From a virus, in IMG/VR virus record IMGVR_UViG_3300025158_000005: 64,000 nucleotides of DNA. One strand, written 5' to 3'. Positions 55,238 to 64,000 of the stretch are shown one piece after another. A program made the translations under genes and the position numbers. Below the pieces are notes generated by a model that did not search any database, was not told where the DNA came from, and saw nothing but the letters and a program-made list of their open reading frames with translations. The first letter of the stretch is position 1. Each line of letters begins with the position of its first letter.

Positions 55238-55398
55238 TGGACAGCCACAATGACTTAGAAAACTACATCAAGACGGTATTCAACATGCAGTATTTTCATC
55301 GTTGGTCCGTCACAGAAATCGAAAACCTAATTCCTTTTGAGTTGGACGTTTATATCGCATTACTACAGCAGCAAAAAGAAAAAGAGAAGAAGAAATGA
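55237..55398 (+). CDS. small hub assembly catalyst (gp51-like), below the ORF-track cutoff
   Basis: LENYIKTVFNMQYFHRWSVTEIENLIPFELDVYIALL. Confidence 0.8.
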   Translation: MDSHNDLENYIKTVFNMQYFHRWSVTEIENLIPFELDVYIALLQQQKEKEKKK

Positions 55399-57860
55399 CA
55401 CCCCAGCAAAATACCGTTGATGAACTGAATTTTTTAGAAGCACTCAACGAACCAAAGTTTCAGATCACGACTCCTGAGGAGATCGGGCGTCTGTTGGATA
55501 TCATTTTTGACGATAGACTAAACAAGGAAATTCTTGCTATCGCCTCAATGCTTGTTTCTGCTAAGTTGGATGAATTCAAGGGATTGAAAAGGGGAAATGC
55601 TGCGGCCGCTGGCTTCATCAAAGACAAAGTGAAGGAAGCATGGAAGAAATCCGAAGAACGTTCTGGGCTACTAGGTAGATTCGTATTCGTAAAGAAGCAT
55701 CCGGATCAACGATCAGAGTTTATCAAAAACGTGATTGGTAAGTACGGATTCGACCCATTAGAATTCGCTGAGGACACATTCATTCATGGTGTTATCGATG
55801 AAGATTCTGACCCAGAGACTGATGCACAACGTGACGCGGTTCTGACTAGAATTCCGTCTCCTGCTAATGATTCTGATGAAAAAGCAAAAGCGAAGGGTAA
55901 GATAGGAAGACGCAAGAGTGGTACTCCACAACCAGGCGACCCAGATTATTGTGCCAAGGATGATCACGTATGTAAGAGAAGAAGATATGCATCCAAGTTT
56001 GGTAAGAATGCGTTATCTGGTGTTGGGGGTTCAATTGCGGCTGTTGCATTGGGTCATGGTGGATTGATTGGTGGTGTAGCATCGTCAATTATTGCTCTCA
56101 AGAAATTGCGTGATTGGTCAACCACTAAGGATTCATATGATGAAGAAACTACTCCAGAAGCAACCGCTGAGAAGATTCAAGCACCCGCTGAAACTCCTGC
56201 AACAACCAATGATCAACCTGCTCCAGAGAAACCGAAGTCACTATGGCAGAAGACTAAAGATTATCTAAAGAGCCAACATGAAGACTACAAGACTGCACTG
56301 GCTAAGACCTCAGAGCAGCGGGAGAGACAGATTGAGCAGCAACTAAACACCACGACAAATAGTGCATCAAATCAATCAGTTACGAACAACGACAACTCCA
56401 GTAACGACAACTCCAGTTCCTTTTCGAATACGGTTTCGCCTATCGTAACGAACAACAATCTTCAGGTTGCATCTGAGCAAGCAAGGGAAGATCGCGTCGC
56501 ACCTGCACCCATTGAGAATGCAGAGAAGAAAGTTATTCCAGAAGGAAAGGTTCTTCAGCACGTTTCTGGACACACGAGAAAGAGCGGAACCGAAGTCGAT
56601 GGTTATGATCGATATGTGAAGCCAAAAAAGGCCGAGACAGAAGAAGAACGTCTGAATGAAATGGAAAACGCGGAACGTATGCATGAAACGCATACCGCAA
56701 AAGAAAATGAGCCCAACGCATTTAAAAATATAGTCGCCCCTGATACGGGTTCAGAAATCAGTCGAGAAGAAGCGATTGAAGAAAAATCCGACGAGCAAAA
56801 AAAGATGCTTGGTGTATTGACTAAGATCGAGGAAAACACTCGCAAAGACAGCAAGGGATCGTTCGGATCATCCAGTGATAAGTCTTCTGATAAAGAATCA
56901 ACTGCGTCCAAAGCGGGTTCCTTGGCCAAGGAATTCGGTGAAGACATTCTAGAATATCTTGGCATGAAGAAACTGGTTGGCAAGTTCAAGGGAGCAAAGA
57001 AGACATTCGATAAAGTCAAGGGCAGATTCACTAAGCCGAAGATCAATCCTATGGAAGCAGCGAAGATTCCGAAGGGTTTGCCAGCGCGCGCGGTCGGTGG
57101 ATTAGCTGCTGGCGGTGAAGCTGCCGCCGGCGCAGGAGTACTAGGTTTACTAGGTACCGCAGTTGGATCAGTAGGTGCGGGCACACTTGCTCTTGGAGTA
57201 GCGGGCGCTGGGTTGATTGGTTACGGCATTGGGGGATTGATCAACGATAATATGGATAAGGGACCCGGCAGTACGTATGATAAAATAATTAGGTCTCTCG
57301 TATCGGAAGATGATGCTAAGAAAGCGACGGCACCGGTATCAAAGAAAGAAATGGAAGCGTATCGAAACTCGCCTGAGGGCAAGGCCAAGATTGCTGCTAG
57401 AAATGCTGCAAAGACAAGCCCTGCGACTGATGTAGTAAAACCACAACCTGCTCCAACTGCTAAAACTGATCGCAGTAAAATGACGCATGTTGAGTTAGCG
57501 GATGATATTGATAAGAACAACGACGAAACCGATACGGTAACTGTAAATGGTAAAAAGGTCTCCTTGAGTTCGCCAGAAGCCGTTGCTGCTAGAAATAAAC
57601 TACAAAGTCAACTATCTCAACAGACTACCCCTGCACCTAATGCCTTGGGTAATATCAGATCATCTATGTCCGACGGAACGAAGTATATCTCCAATGTAGG
57701 AGGAACTACTGGCAATACCACGATTATCAATCAAGCACCTCCAGCAGCAACCACCGGTTCGAAAGAAACGACCACGACTGATTATCCAAAATCAAGTGAT
57801 TCGTCATTCATGAGATACCTTGACCGTCGTTCCAACTTTGTACCCAATGGTTCATTCTAG
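55395..57860 (+). CDS. tape-measure-like tail length protein (gp29-like)
   Basis: 821 aa, low complexity, Gly/Ala hydrophobic segments; position between hub and wedge genes. Confidence 0.6.
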   Translation: MTPQQNTVDELNFLEALNEPKFQITTPEEIGRLLDIIFDDRLNKEILAIASMLVSAKLDEFKGLKRGNAAAAGFIKDKVKEAWKKSEERSGLLGRFVFVKKHPDQRSEFIKNVIGKYGFDPLEFAEDTFIHGVIDEDSDPETDAQRDAVLTRIPSPANDSDEKAKAKGKIGRRKSGTPQPGDPDYCAKDDHVCKRRRYASKFGKNALSGVGGSIAAVALGHGGLIGGVASSIIALKKLRDWSTTKDSYDEETTPEATAEKIQAPAETPATTNDQPAPEKPKSLWQKTKDYLKSQHEDYKTALAKTSEQRERQIEQQLNTTTNSASNQSVTNNDNSSNDNSSSFSNTVSPIVTNNNLQVASEQAREDRVAPAPIENAEKKVIPEGKVLQHVSGHTRKSGTEVDGYDRYVKPKKAETEEERLNEMENAERMHETHTAKENEPNAFKNIVAPDTGSEISREEAIEEKSDEQKKMLGVLTKIEENTRKDSKGSFGSSSDKSSDKESTASKAGSLAKEFGEDILEYLGMKKLVGKFKGAKKTFDKVKGRFTKPKINPMEAAKIPKGLPARAVGGLAAGGEAAAGAGVLGLLGTAVGSVGAGTLALGVAGAGLIGYGIGGLINDNMDKGPGSTYDKIIRSLVSEDDAKKATAPVSKKEMEAYRNSPEGKAKIAARNAAKTSPATDVVKPQPAPTAKTDRSKMTHVELADDIDKNNDETDTVTVNGKKVSLSSPEAVAARNKLQSQLSQQTTPAPNALGNIRSSMSDGTKYISNVGGTTGNTTIINQAPPAATTGSKETTTTDYPKSSDSSFMRYLDRRSNFVPNGSF

Positions 57861-57876
57861 CAGATAAATATCTAAT

Positions 57877-58257
57877 ATGGCATATTATCAAGATATAAAT
57901 CAGAGCATTCTCCGTAATCCCGGGTCGCATGATATCGTCAAAAAATTTGATGTTGAGTCGGTGAAACAGTCCATTAGAAACATTCTGCTAACCGCCCCGG
58001 GCGAGAAGTTATTCAATCCGCAATTCGGCGTCAATCTGAATGCCCTCTTGTTTGAATTGATGACGCCGGCGACCAAGATACTCGCTCAGAGACAAATTAT
58101 TCAAGCGATTCAGTTATGGGAACCTAGAGTGAATGTTGTCTCATGTGTGGTCGATACGACTGAGACTACATTGACCGTTGACCTAGAATTTTACGTTGTT
58201 GCTGTACCAATGACTACACCAGCAACGGTTACTATCTCCATGAATAGAGTTCGTTGA
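57877..58257 (+). CDS. gp25: baseplate wedge subunit
   Basis: SVKQSIRNILLT.PGEKLFNPQFG, WEPRV. Confidence 0.93.
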   Translation: MAYYQDINQSILRNPGSHDIVKKFDVESVKQSIRNILLTAPGEKLFNPQFGVNLNALLFELMTPATKILAQRQIIQAIQLWEPRVNVVSCVVDTTETTLTVDLEFYVVAVPMTTPATVTISMNRVR

Positions 58258-58258
58258 A

Positions 58259-60040
58259 ATGACACAAATACAAGTTACCTCGTTAGATTTCCCTACGATC
58301 AAGGCGAATCTTATTGCCTTCATGAAGCAGAATCCAACGTTTTCGGATTATGACTTTACAGCATCTGGCCTGAATTTCCTCACAGATGTCCTTGCGTACA
58401 ACACCTCATATAATGCCGTTCTTGCTAACTTTGTGGCTAACGAATCATTTTTGGACTCTGCTGTAAAACGTTCCTCTGTTATCTCTCATGCTCTAGCCCT
58501 TGGATATCATTCTAAGGGACACGTTGGTGCTCGTGCAAAGATCAATATCACCATCAGTACAGTAAACGGCGCTTCCCTAAACAATTTCATCATTCGACGT
58601 GGTGCTCAGTTCACTTGTAATATCAATGGGCAGCCATATTCATTTGTTACCGTGAAAGACGAAACGGCTGCATTGATCGACGGCAAGTATAGTTTCTATA
58701 ACGTCGAAATCGTAGAAGGCACGTATAATACGTTCTCGTGGTATGCAGGTGCGACTGGTTCATTCTATACGATTCCTAATCCAAAGGTTGACACCAGCAC
58801 GATTATGGTTCAAACGTATGCTACTACTAACTCTGTGCTACCAACGAATTGGCAATTATCGACCACTTTATACGATCTAACTTCCACATCCAAGGCTTTC
58901 TTTACCCAAGAGCAAGCGGGTTACACTACCCAGATTTACTTCGGTAACGGTACGATTGGCGCGACACCTGATTCCGGTTCTGTTATCAGAATTGAATATG
59001 TAACGTGTAATGGTTCTGCTGGCAACGGCGCGAATACGTTTACACCTGTTGGAAGCATACTGAATAACAGTGACCCTAACGTGTATGCTGTAGGGTATAG
59101 TATAAGCACTGTCATTGGTTCCATGGGTGGTGTTGATCCAGAATCTGTTGACTCTATCAAGTATAACGCATCTAAACATTTCACGGTACAAAATCGTGCT
59201 GTCACCGCTTATGATTATGCATCGATTATTCGTGAGGGATTCAATAACGTTGGTGCGATCAAGGTCTGGGGCGGAGAAGATAACGTACCTCCACAATATA
59301 ACTCTGTGATGATCTGCATCAAGCCAAGCACACCTTACCAAAACGTGTTGACAATCGCCGAAAAGAACGAAATCGCGTCCTCACTCAAGGGCACCAGTAT
59401 CATGAATATTCGACCAGTCTTCGTTGATCCAGAATATGTGAACGTGTTGGTCAATACTAGCGTAACATATAATCCGTCTGCACTACCACAGGGGGCTAAT
59501 CTAACCTCTTCGATTGTCCAAGCAATTACGAATTATTCGACTACCCAACTTGAACAGTTCAATAATACTCTAGCCTATTCTACCTTGGTTGGTGTTATCA
59601 ATAATGCATCATCAGCTATCACTAGTAACCTAACGAGTATATCACTGTATAAGACAATCGCGCCTCAATTGGGTAAGAGTATGACATATCAAATCAGTTT
59701 CATGAACGGATTATTAAATACCGACGGATACATTTCGTCTAGCTCATTCACTGTTATCGGTGTTCAGAATCTGGTTACGCTTGAGAATCGCGGTTCTGAT
59801 ATGGTTCTAGTCTCCGTGGATTATGTTGGCAAGAAGACTGTAATGAGTACCGTTGGAACGATTGATTACGTCAACGGATTCATTACGTTGAATGCAATCA
59901 ACATTACATCGTTCACTAACGTCAACGGCGGAATTCAAATCAATGCAACTCCGTTGGTCAATGACGTTCAATCACAACAAAATAACGTAATTAGAATCAA
60001 CACACAAGACGTAAACGTTTCACTTATCTCCGGAAACTAA
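58259..60040 (+). CDS. gp6: baseplate wedge subunit
   Basis: LDFPTIKANL, FSDYDF..SGL..L.DVLAYNT, QNRAVTAYDY, VWGGEDN. Confidence 0.95.
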   Translation: MTQIQVTSLDFPTIKANLIAFMKQNPTFSDYDFTASGLNFLTDVLAYNTSYNAVLANFVANESFLDSAVKRSSVISHALALGYHSKGHVGARAKINITISTVNGASLNNFIIRRGAQFTCNINGQPYSFVTVKDETAALIDGKYSFYNVEIVEGTYNTFSWYAGATGSFYTIPNPKVDTSTIMVQTYATTNSVLPTNWQLSTTLYDLTSTSKAFFTQEQAGYTTQIYFGNGTIGATPDSGSVIRIEYVTCNGSAGNGANTFTPVGSILNNSDPNVYAVGYSISTVIGSMGGVDPESVDSIKYNASKHFTVQNRAVTAYDYASIIREGFNNVGAIKVWGGEDNVPPQYNSVMICIKPSTPYQNVLTIAEKNEIASSLKGTSIMNIRPVFVDPEYVNVLVNTSVTYNPSALPQGANLTSSIVQAITNYSTTQLEQFNNTLAYSTLVGVINNASSAITSNLTSISLYKTIAPQLGKSMTYQISFMNGLLNTDGYISSSSFTVIGVQNLVTLENRGSDMVLVSVDYVGKKTVMSTVGTIDYVNGFITLNAINITSFTNVNGGIQINATPLVNDVQSQQNNVIRINTQDVNVSLISGN

Positions 60041-60045
60041 TTCCC

Positions 60046-63000
60046 ATGACGCTATCCGTAAGACCAAAAGTTTCTACGCTTGTCAAATATCAAGTTCCTG
60101 AGGCATTCAGAGACAATAATCCGAACTTTGCCGAGTTCCTAGAACAGTATTATCGGTTTATGGATCAGAATACTGGAGCAGAGAGTTTCATTAGAGGTCT
60201 GCCTAATGAATTCGATCCAGACTCCGCGGATGAACAGTTTATTGCTATGATGAAGAAGCACGTATTCCCATACGTGTTGAATAACGTTTCGCCTATTATC
60301 TCCGATGCTGAGCTGATTAAGTTCATCCGTGAGTTATACTTGATGAAGGGCACAGAGCCATCGTTCAAATACGTATTCGAGGTTCTATTCAACACCAAGG
60401 CGGAACTTGATTATGGTAGAAAATACGTTTTTAGATCATCAGACAACGACTACAATAATCTGTCATATATCATTCTGAATGATCCGAACAATAACAGTAT
60501 TTTGTTCTCCTTGTTGGGTAAGACGCTTGAGCAGAGTCAATCATCCGCGGTTGTCGAAGACGTTCAACTGTATAATACAGGTATCACTGCCGGAAACTAT
60601 ACGGGCAATTTCGTAGAAGGAACCAATGTCATTTACAATGCGACCTCTGATGAATATACTATAGATGGTTACATTGATTCTGGATTCTCGATTGGTACGC
60701 TAAATGTCTCCGTGGGTGATATTGTTATCGCCCCTACTTGGTTGATTCCTGCTGACACTATCGTTATTGCCGTTCAGGGTAATACGATCACACTATCAAA
60801 TACTGTGCTAATGACACCCTCATCTAGGGTATCGTTTAGCACGTCAAAGTCGTATTACAAATGCATTCTGAACACAGAATCCATCATCAATACGTTCGAT
60901 GATAGGCTGCCAATTTATGCTTCATTCTTGGGTGTTCCGACCGCATTCAACATCATATCGTTAATCACAAATACCGTGGTGACTGATTCTGGTGCGTTGT
61001 ACTCACCTGGTCAGAAACTGAGTATAATTGGTGGTTCAGGAACAAACCTTGATCTAGAGGTGCATCAAGTATCTGCTGGATCGATTGATGGTGTCAACAT
61101 TGCGGTAACAGGTTCCGGATATAGCGTCGGAGACAAGATCACGTTCACCCCCTCTGTTGACGAATTAGTGGTGCCTGCCGAGGCGACTGTTACCGCTGTT
61201 GATGGATTCGGATGTGAAGTGTCCACGCTAATGAATATTGACACAATCACGATTAGTGATCCTGGTTGGAACTATCAGCTCGGCGATCACGTTAACCTTG
61301 ATATCTACGATCATACTGGGCTACCAGTGACTGCTACCGTTGCGTCTGTTTCTTCCGGGCAATTGACCAACGTTAGAGTAACTTCCGGGGGTCATGGATA
61401 CCAATACGCCCGCGCCTTATTCTATATCGATTCGACACATTATTACACCACGTCTTGCGTATTGGACGGCACGGCCATAAAGTCTGTAGCAATACCAAGC
61501 ACTTCGATTACCGCGACTCCAACGCTTTACATCAATGGCTCCGGTGCATCAGGAAACATGACTGTTTCTGGATCAACAATTACGTGGAGCATTACCTCTG
61601 GTGGATTCAATTACGCTGATCCCGTTCTATCCTTGTCTGTTACCGGAGTAACTCCACAATTTAACTTCACGTCGAATGCCAAGGGAACGATTACCGATAT
61701 CACTACGTCCGGAGCATTCTCTATTCCTAACGGAACCTATCCGTTCACAGTAGTAGAACGATATGGCTCGGGTGCAGATGTTATCCCTGAAATGGGTGGA
61801 AGATTGACGGGAATAACCGTAACAGGTACTCCGCTACTGAGTTCCGGCAAACAAACATCATATCTAACATCAACTTCCGGTGTTGGTGTTCAGGGTGCGT
61901 TGAATATGACGTATAAGTTCCATTCTGTTGGTGTTACCTCACCTGGGCGTGGATATGATACACCAACGCTGTCCGTCGTTGGTGGCACTGGCTCTGGATT
62001 GAAACTGCGTTTTGCTGTTGATGTTACAGGAGCAATCACTGGAGTCTATGTCGATAACTCGGGTTCTGGATATCCGCAATCATCAACGATCACGCTTACT
62101 GATCCAGCAGGGTCAAGCGGCAGTCTATCGCTAAACATAAACGATTATGGGCAAGTCACTTCCGTGAATGTTGCCGCATCCGGCACAGGATACTCCGAAA
62201 ACAGTTCATTCTCTGTGACCACTGGGCAACTACCTCTGGTTGCAACCGTCAATTCTCTTAATGGTTCGATTACATCTATATCAATATCAAACAATGGCGA
62301 TTATTATACTAGCGTTCCTACTGTCTCTGTTGTGGACGATACTCCTGGTTCATATCTCGTAAACAACTGTCAACTAGCACAGGGTTCTACGTTAGTGTCC
62401 ACAACCAACTCGTTCTCAATGGTAAAGCCTGGGCATGAGGTATTCTATATCTCTGGAGGCAGTGTCCTGTTTTATGCTACGGTTGTTTCTGTTACCGATA
62501 GTCAGAATATCGTTATTGATACACCCGCGTATGATAACGCTTGGTCTAACGTACAACTAGAATTCACTGTTCAACGTGGCAAGATTTCACAGGTGACTGT
62601 GACGAATCCTGGGCTTGGATATCATTATCTACCTCTTGTAACTGCGCCCGCTATTCCGTCAACAAGCGTTGCGGGTACACCGACGTATCGCAGACAAGCG
62701 AAATTGACTGCGTTGAGTTCAAGCATCGGCGGTATCCTATCGGTAAAGATCGTTGATTCTGGCGTGAACTATGAAGAAACTCCTATACTTGCGACTCCTA
62801 TATCAGGTATAACAAATGAACTTGCTCAACAATTTCAACTGGGTGAACTGGTTTTTGATAGTAACTGGTCTTATACTGATACAACTAACTACTCTGACGG
62901 TCCTCATGCTCGTGTATATGCATTTGACGGAGCTAAAAATCTTCTTCAACTGGATAATGCAACGGATCAGTTCGATCTTTTCACAGAAAACAACATCGAA

Positions 63001-63999
63001 ATAGTAGCTGAGGACGGTTCACTGATTATCCATGAACAGAGTTTCCCATTTGATACGAATACGATAATGAATGGGCAAAACTCTAACGCAACTGGAATGT
63101 TCCTGGTTATTCAACGCGGCAGCACCATCGCTCAAGCGGATGCTGTATGCTTCTCCAAGGAAGACTTCCAAAATAACTCAGGTATGTTGAGTGATCCAGC
63201 GATCAAACTGCATGATGGTAAGCGTATTCAGGATTATTCATATTACGTAAAGACATTCGAACAGATTGTGAACGGTCAAAAGAACGGCATGCAACTGCGC
63301 GACTATAAGGGCACGTTGACACAAATCGTTCACCCCGCTGGTTATAAGATGTGCGGTGACGTAATGTTGGAAGACTTCCAGAAGATCATATTCAACCTAT
63401 TCCGGAAATACGATAAGAACGGTAACGCTGTTGGTACTGGTATCATTCTGTCATTTGTGTTGGATACGATGATGATGTTTACTGCAACTAACTATAACGC
63501 ATTGAATTCAAACGGCAATCTGCTGCGTAGACAATTTGAAATCATTCTGGAGCATTACGTTTCTGTTATCAATTCTGTTGATATGAACGAAGTTGGTGTA
63601 TATGGGCAATTTAAGCGACATATGATCGAATTGATGAGGTCTATGGCAGTCACGTTCGCTCCAACGCGATCAACGACACACGGCACTGGAATAAACATCT
63701 ATCTTGATATTCTGTATCCGTTTGGGTTTAAACCAAGTGAACTAGAACGTGCCAAGTACAAGTTTAAACCTTATGCTGGTATGGCTGAACAGATGGATGT
63801 TCTTTCTCTGTGGACTGGATTCTCTTACGTGAACGATATCAATTATTATGGCGCAAACTCAACGTATTGGAACTATCCAAACACAACGATTGGTAATTTC
63901 AAGTACGTAACGATTAATGAGATAATAAATAATCACTGGGCCAATCATAATAATCAAGCATACGTTCTTGACTCATACATGACAATCGCCAAACTATAA
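60046..63999 (+). CDS. large baseplate wedge protein (gp7-like) with GxGY beta repeats
   Basis: QVPE...F..FLEQYY, KGTEPSFK, many GSGY-type repeats, QDYSY...HPAG. Confidence 0.8.
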   Translation: MTLSVRPKVSTLVKYQVPEAFRDNNPNFAEFLEQYYRFMDQNTGAESFIRGLPNEFDPDSADEQFIAMMKKHVFPYVLNNVSPIISDAELIKFIRELYLMKGTEPSFKYVFEVLFNTKAELDYGRKYVFRSSDNDYNNLSYIILNDPNNNSILFSLLGKTLEQSQSSAVVEDVQLYNTGITAGNYTGNFVEGTNVIYNATSDEYTIDGYIDSGFSIGTLNVSVGDIVIAPTWLIPADTIVIAVQGNTITLSNTVLMTPSSRVSFSTSKSYYKCILNTESIINTFDDRLPIYASFLGVPTAFNIISLITNTVVTDSGALYSPGQKLSIIGGSGTNLDLEVHQVSAGSIDGVNIAVTGSGYSVGDKITFTPSVDELVVPAEATVTAVDGFGCEVSTLMNIDTITISDPGWNYQLGDHVNLDIYDHTGLPVTATVASVSSGQLTNVRVTSGGHGYQYARALFYIDSTHYYTTSCVLDGTAIKSVAIPSTSITATPTLYINGSGASGNMTVSGSTITWSITSGGFNYADPVLSLSVTGVTPQFNFTSNAKGTITDITTSGAFSIPNGTYPFTVVERYGSGADVIPEMGGRLTGITVTGTPLLSSGKQTSYLTSTSGVGVQGALNMTYKFHSVGVTSPGRGYDTPTLSVVGGTGSGLKLRFAVDVTGAITGVYVDNSGSGYPQSSTITLTDPAGSSGSLSLNINDYGQVTSVNVAASGTGYSENSSFSVTTGQLPLVATVNSLNGSITSISISNNGDYYTSVPTVSVVDDTPGSYLVNNCQLAQGSTLVSTTNSFSMVKPGHEVFYISGGSVLFYATVVSVTDSQNIVIDTPAYDNAWSNVQLEFTVQRGKISQVTVTNPGLGYHYLPLVTAPAIPSTSVAGTPTYRRQAKLTALSSSIGGILSVKIVDSGVNYEETPILATPISGITNELAQQFQLGELVFDSNWSYTDTTNYSDGPHARVYAFDGAKNLLQLDNATDQFDLFTENNIEIVAEDGSLIIHEQSFPFDTNTIMNGQNSNATGMFLVIQRGSTIAQADAVCFSKEDFQNNSGMLSDPAIKLHDGKRIQDYSYYVKTFEQIVNGQKNGMQLRDYKGTLTQIVHPAGYKMCGDVMLEDFQKIIFNLFRKYDKNGNAVGTGIILSFVLDTMMMFTATNYNALNSNGNLLRRQFEIILEHYVSVINSVDMNEVGVYGQFKRHMIELMRSMAVTFAPTRSTTHGTGINIYLDILYPFGFKPSELERAKYKFKPYAGMAEQMDVLSLWTGFSYVNDINYYGANSTYWNYPNTTIGNFKYVTINEIINNHWANHNNQAYVLDSYMTIAKL

Positions 64000-64000
64000 G

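Noticed and set aside
44545-63004. Antisense and alternate-frame ORFs inside structural genes (e.g. 44545, 56603, 58877)
   Set aside because: They are fully nested in well-supported genes and explained by codon bias.
1-64000. Genome-wide TAG reassignment suggested by the CUA tRNA
   Set aside because: Long core genes are open in the standard code, and TAG ends several genes at sensible positions (3950, 23259, 55237, 57860).

Overview
A 64-kb segment of a T4-like lytic myophage genome read in the standard code. Core genes include dsbA, rnh, phoH, gp33, gp59, gp32, gp5, gp53, gp48, gp4, gp2, gp54, gp26/gp51, a tape-measure-like gene, gp25, gp6 and a gp7-like gene. Positions 9-22 kb hold a large stable-RNA region: about 32 tRNA or tRNA-like genes covering all 20 amino acids, an amber (CUA) suppressor, a two-piece permuted tmRNA and several unexplained structured RNAs. 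Accessory genes include NAD salvage (NMNAT-Nudix plus NAMPT), ClpP, GroES, a PTH2-like hydrolase, glycosyltransferases and DenV, and many other accessory genes are decayed. The best candidate for an undescribed system is a family of seven ncRNA cassettes sharing a covarying terminal stem plus an invariant CAGCA motif (AGRAT-N4-NCAGCA ... ATYCT-G). Four lie among the tRNAs. Three are stacked behind a promoter and boxA directly upstream of a DUF2828 (TROVE/Ro60-like vWA) gene. Their cargo differs: one carries a circularly permuted tRNA-Arg(UCU) and two carry bare anticodon stem-loops (Gln UUG, Met CAU), which suggests a Y-RNA-like ribonucleoprotein system. The DUF2828 gene is itself split into two ORFs by an antisense HNH endonuclease. 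All calls were made by eye; no searches or folding programs were run.
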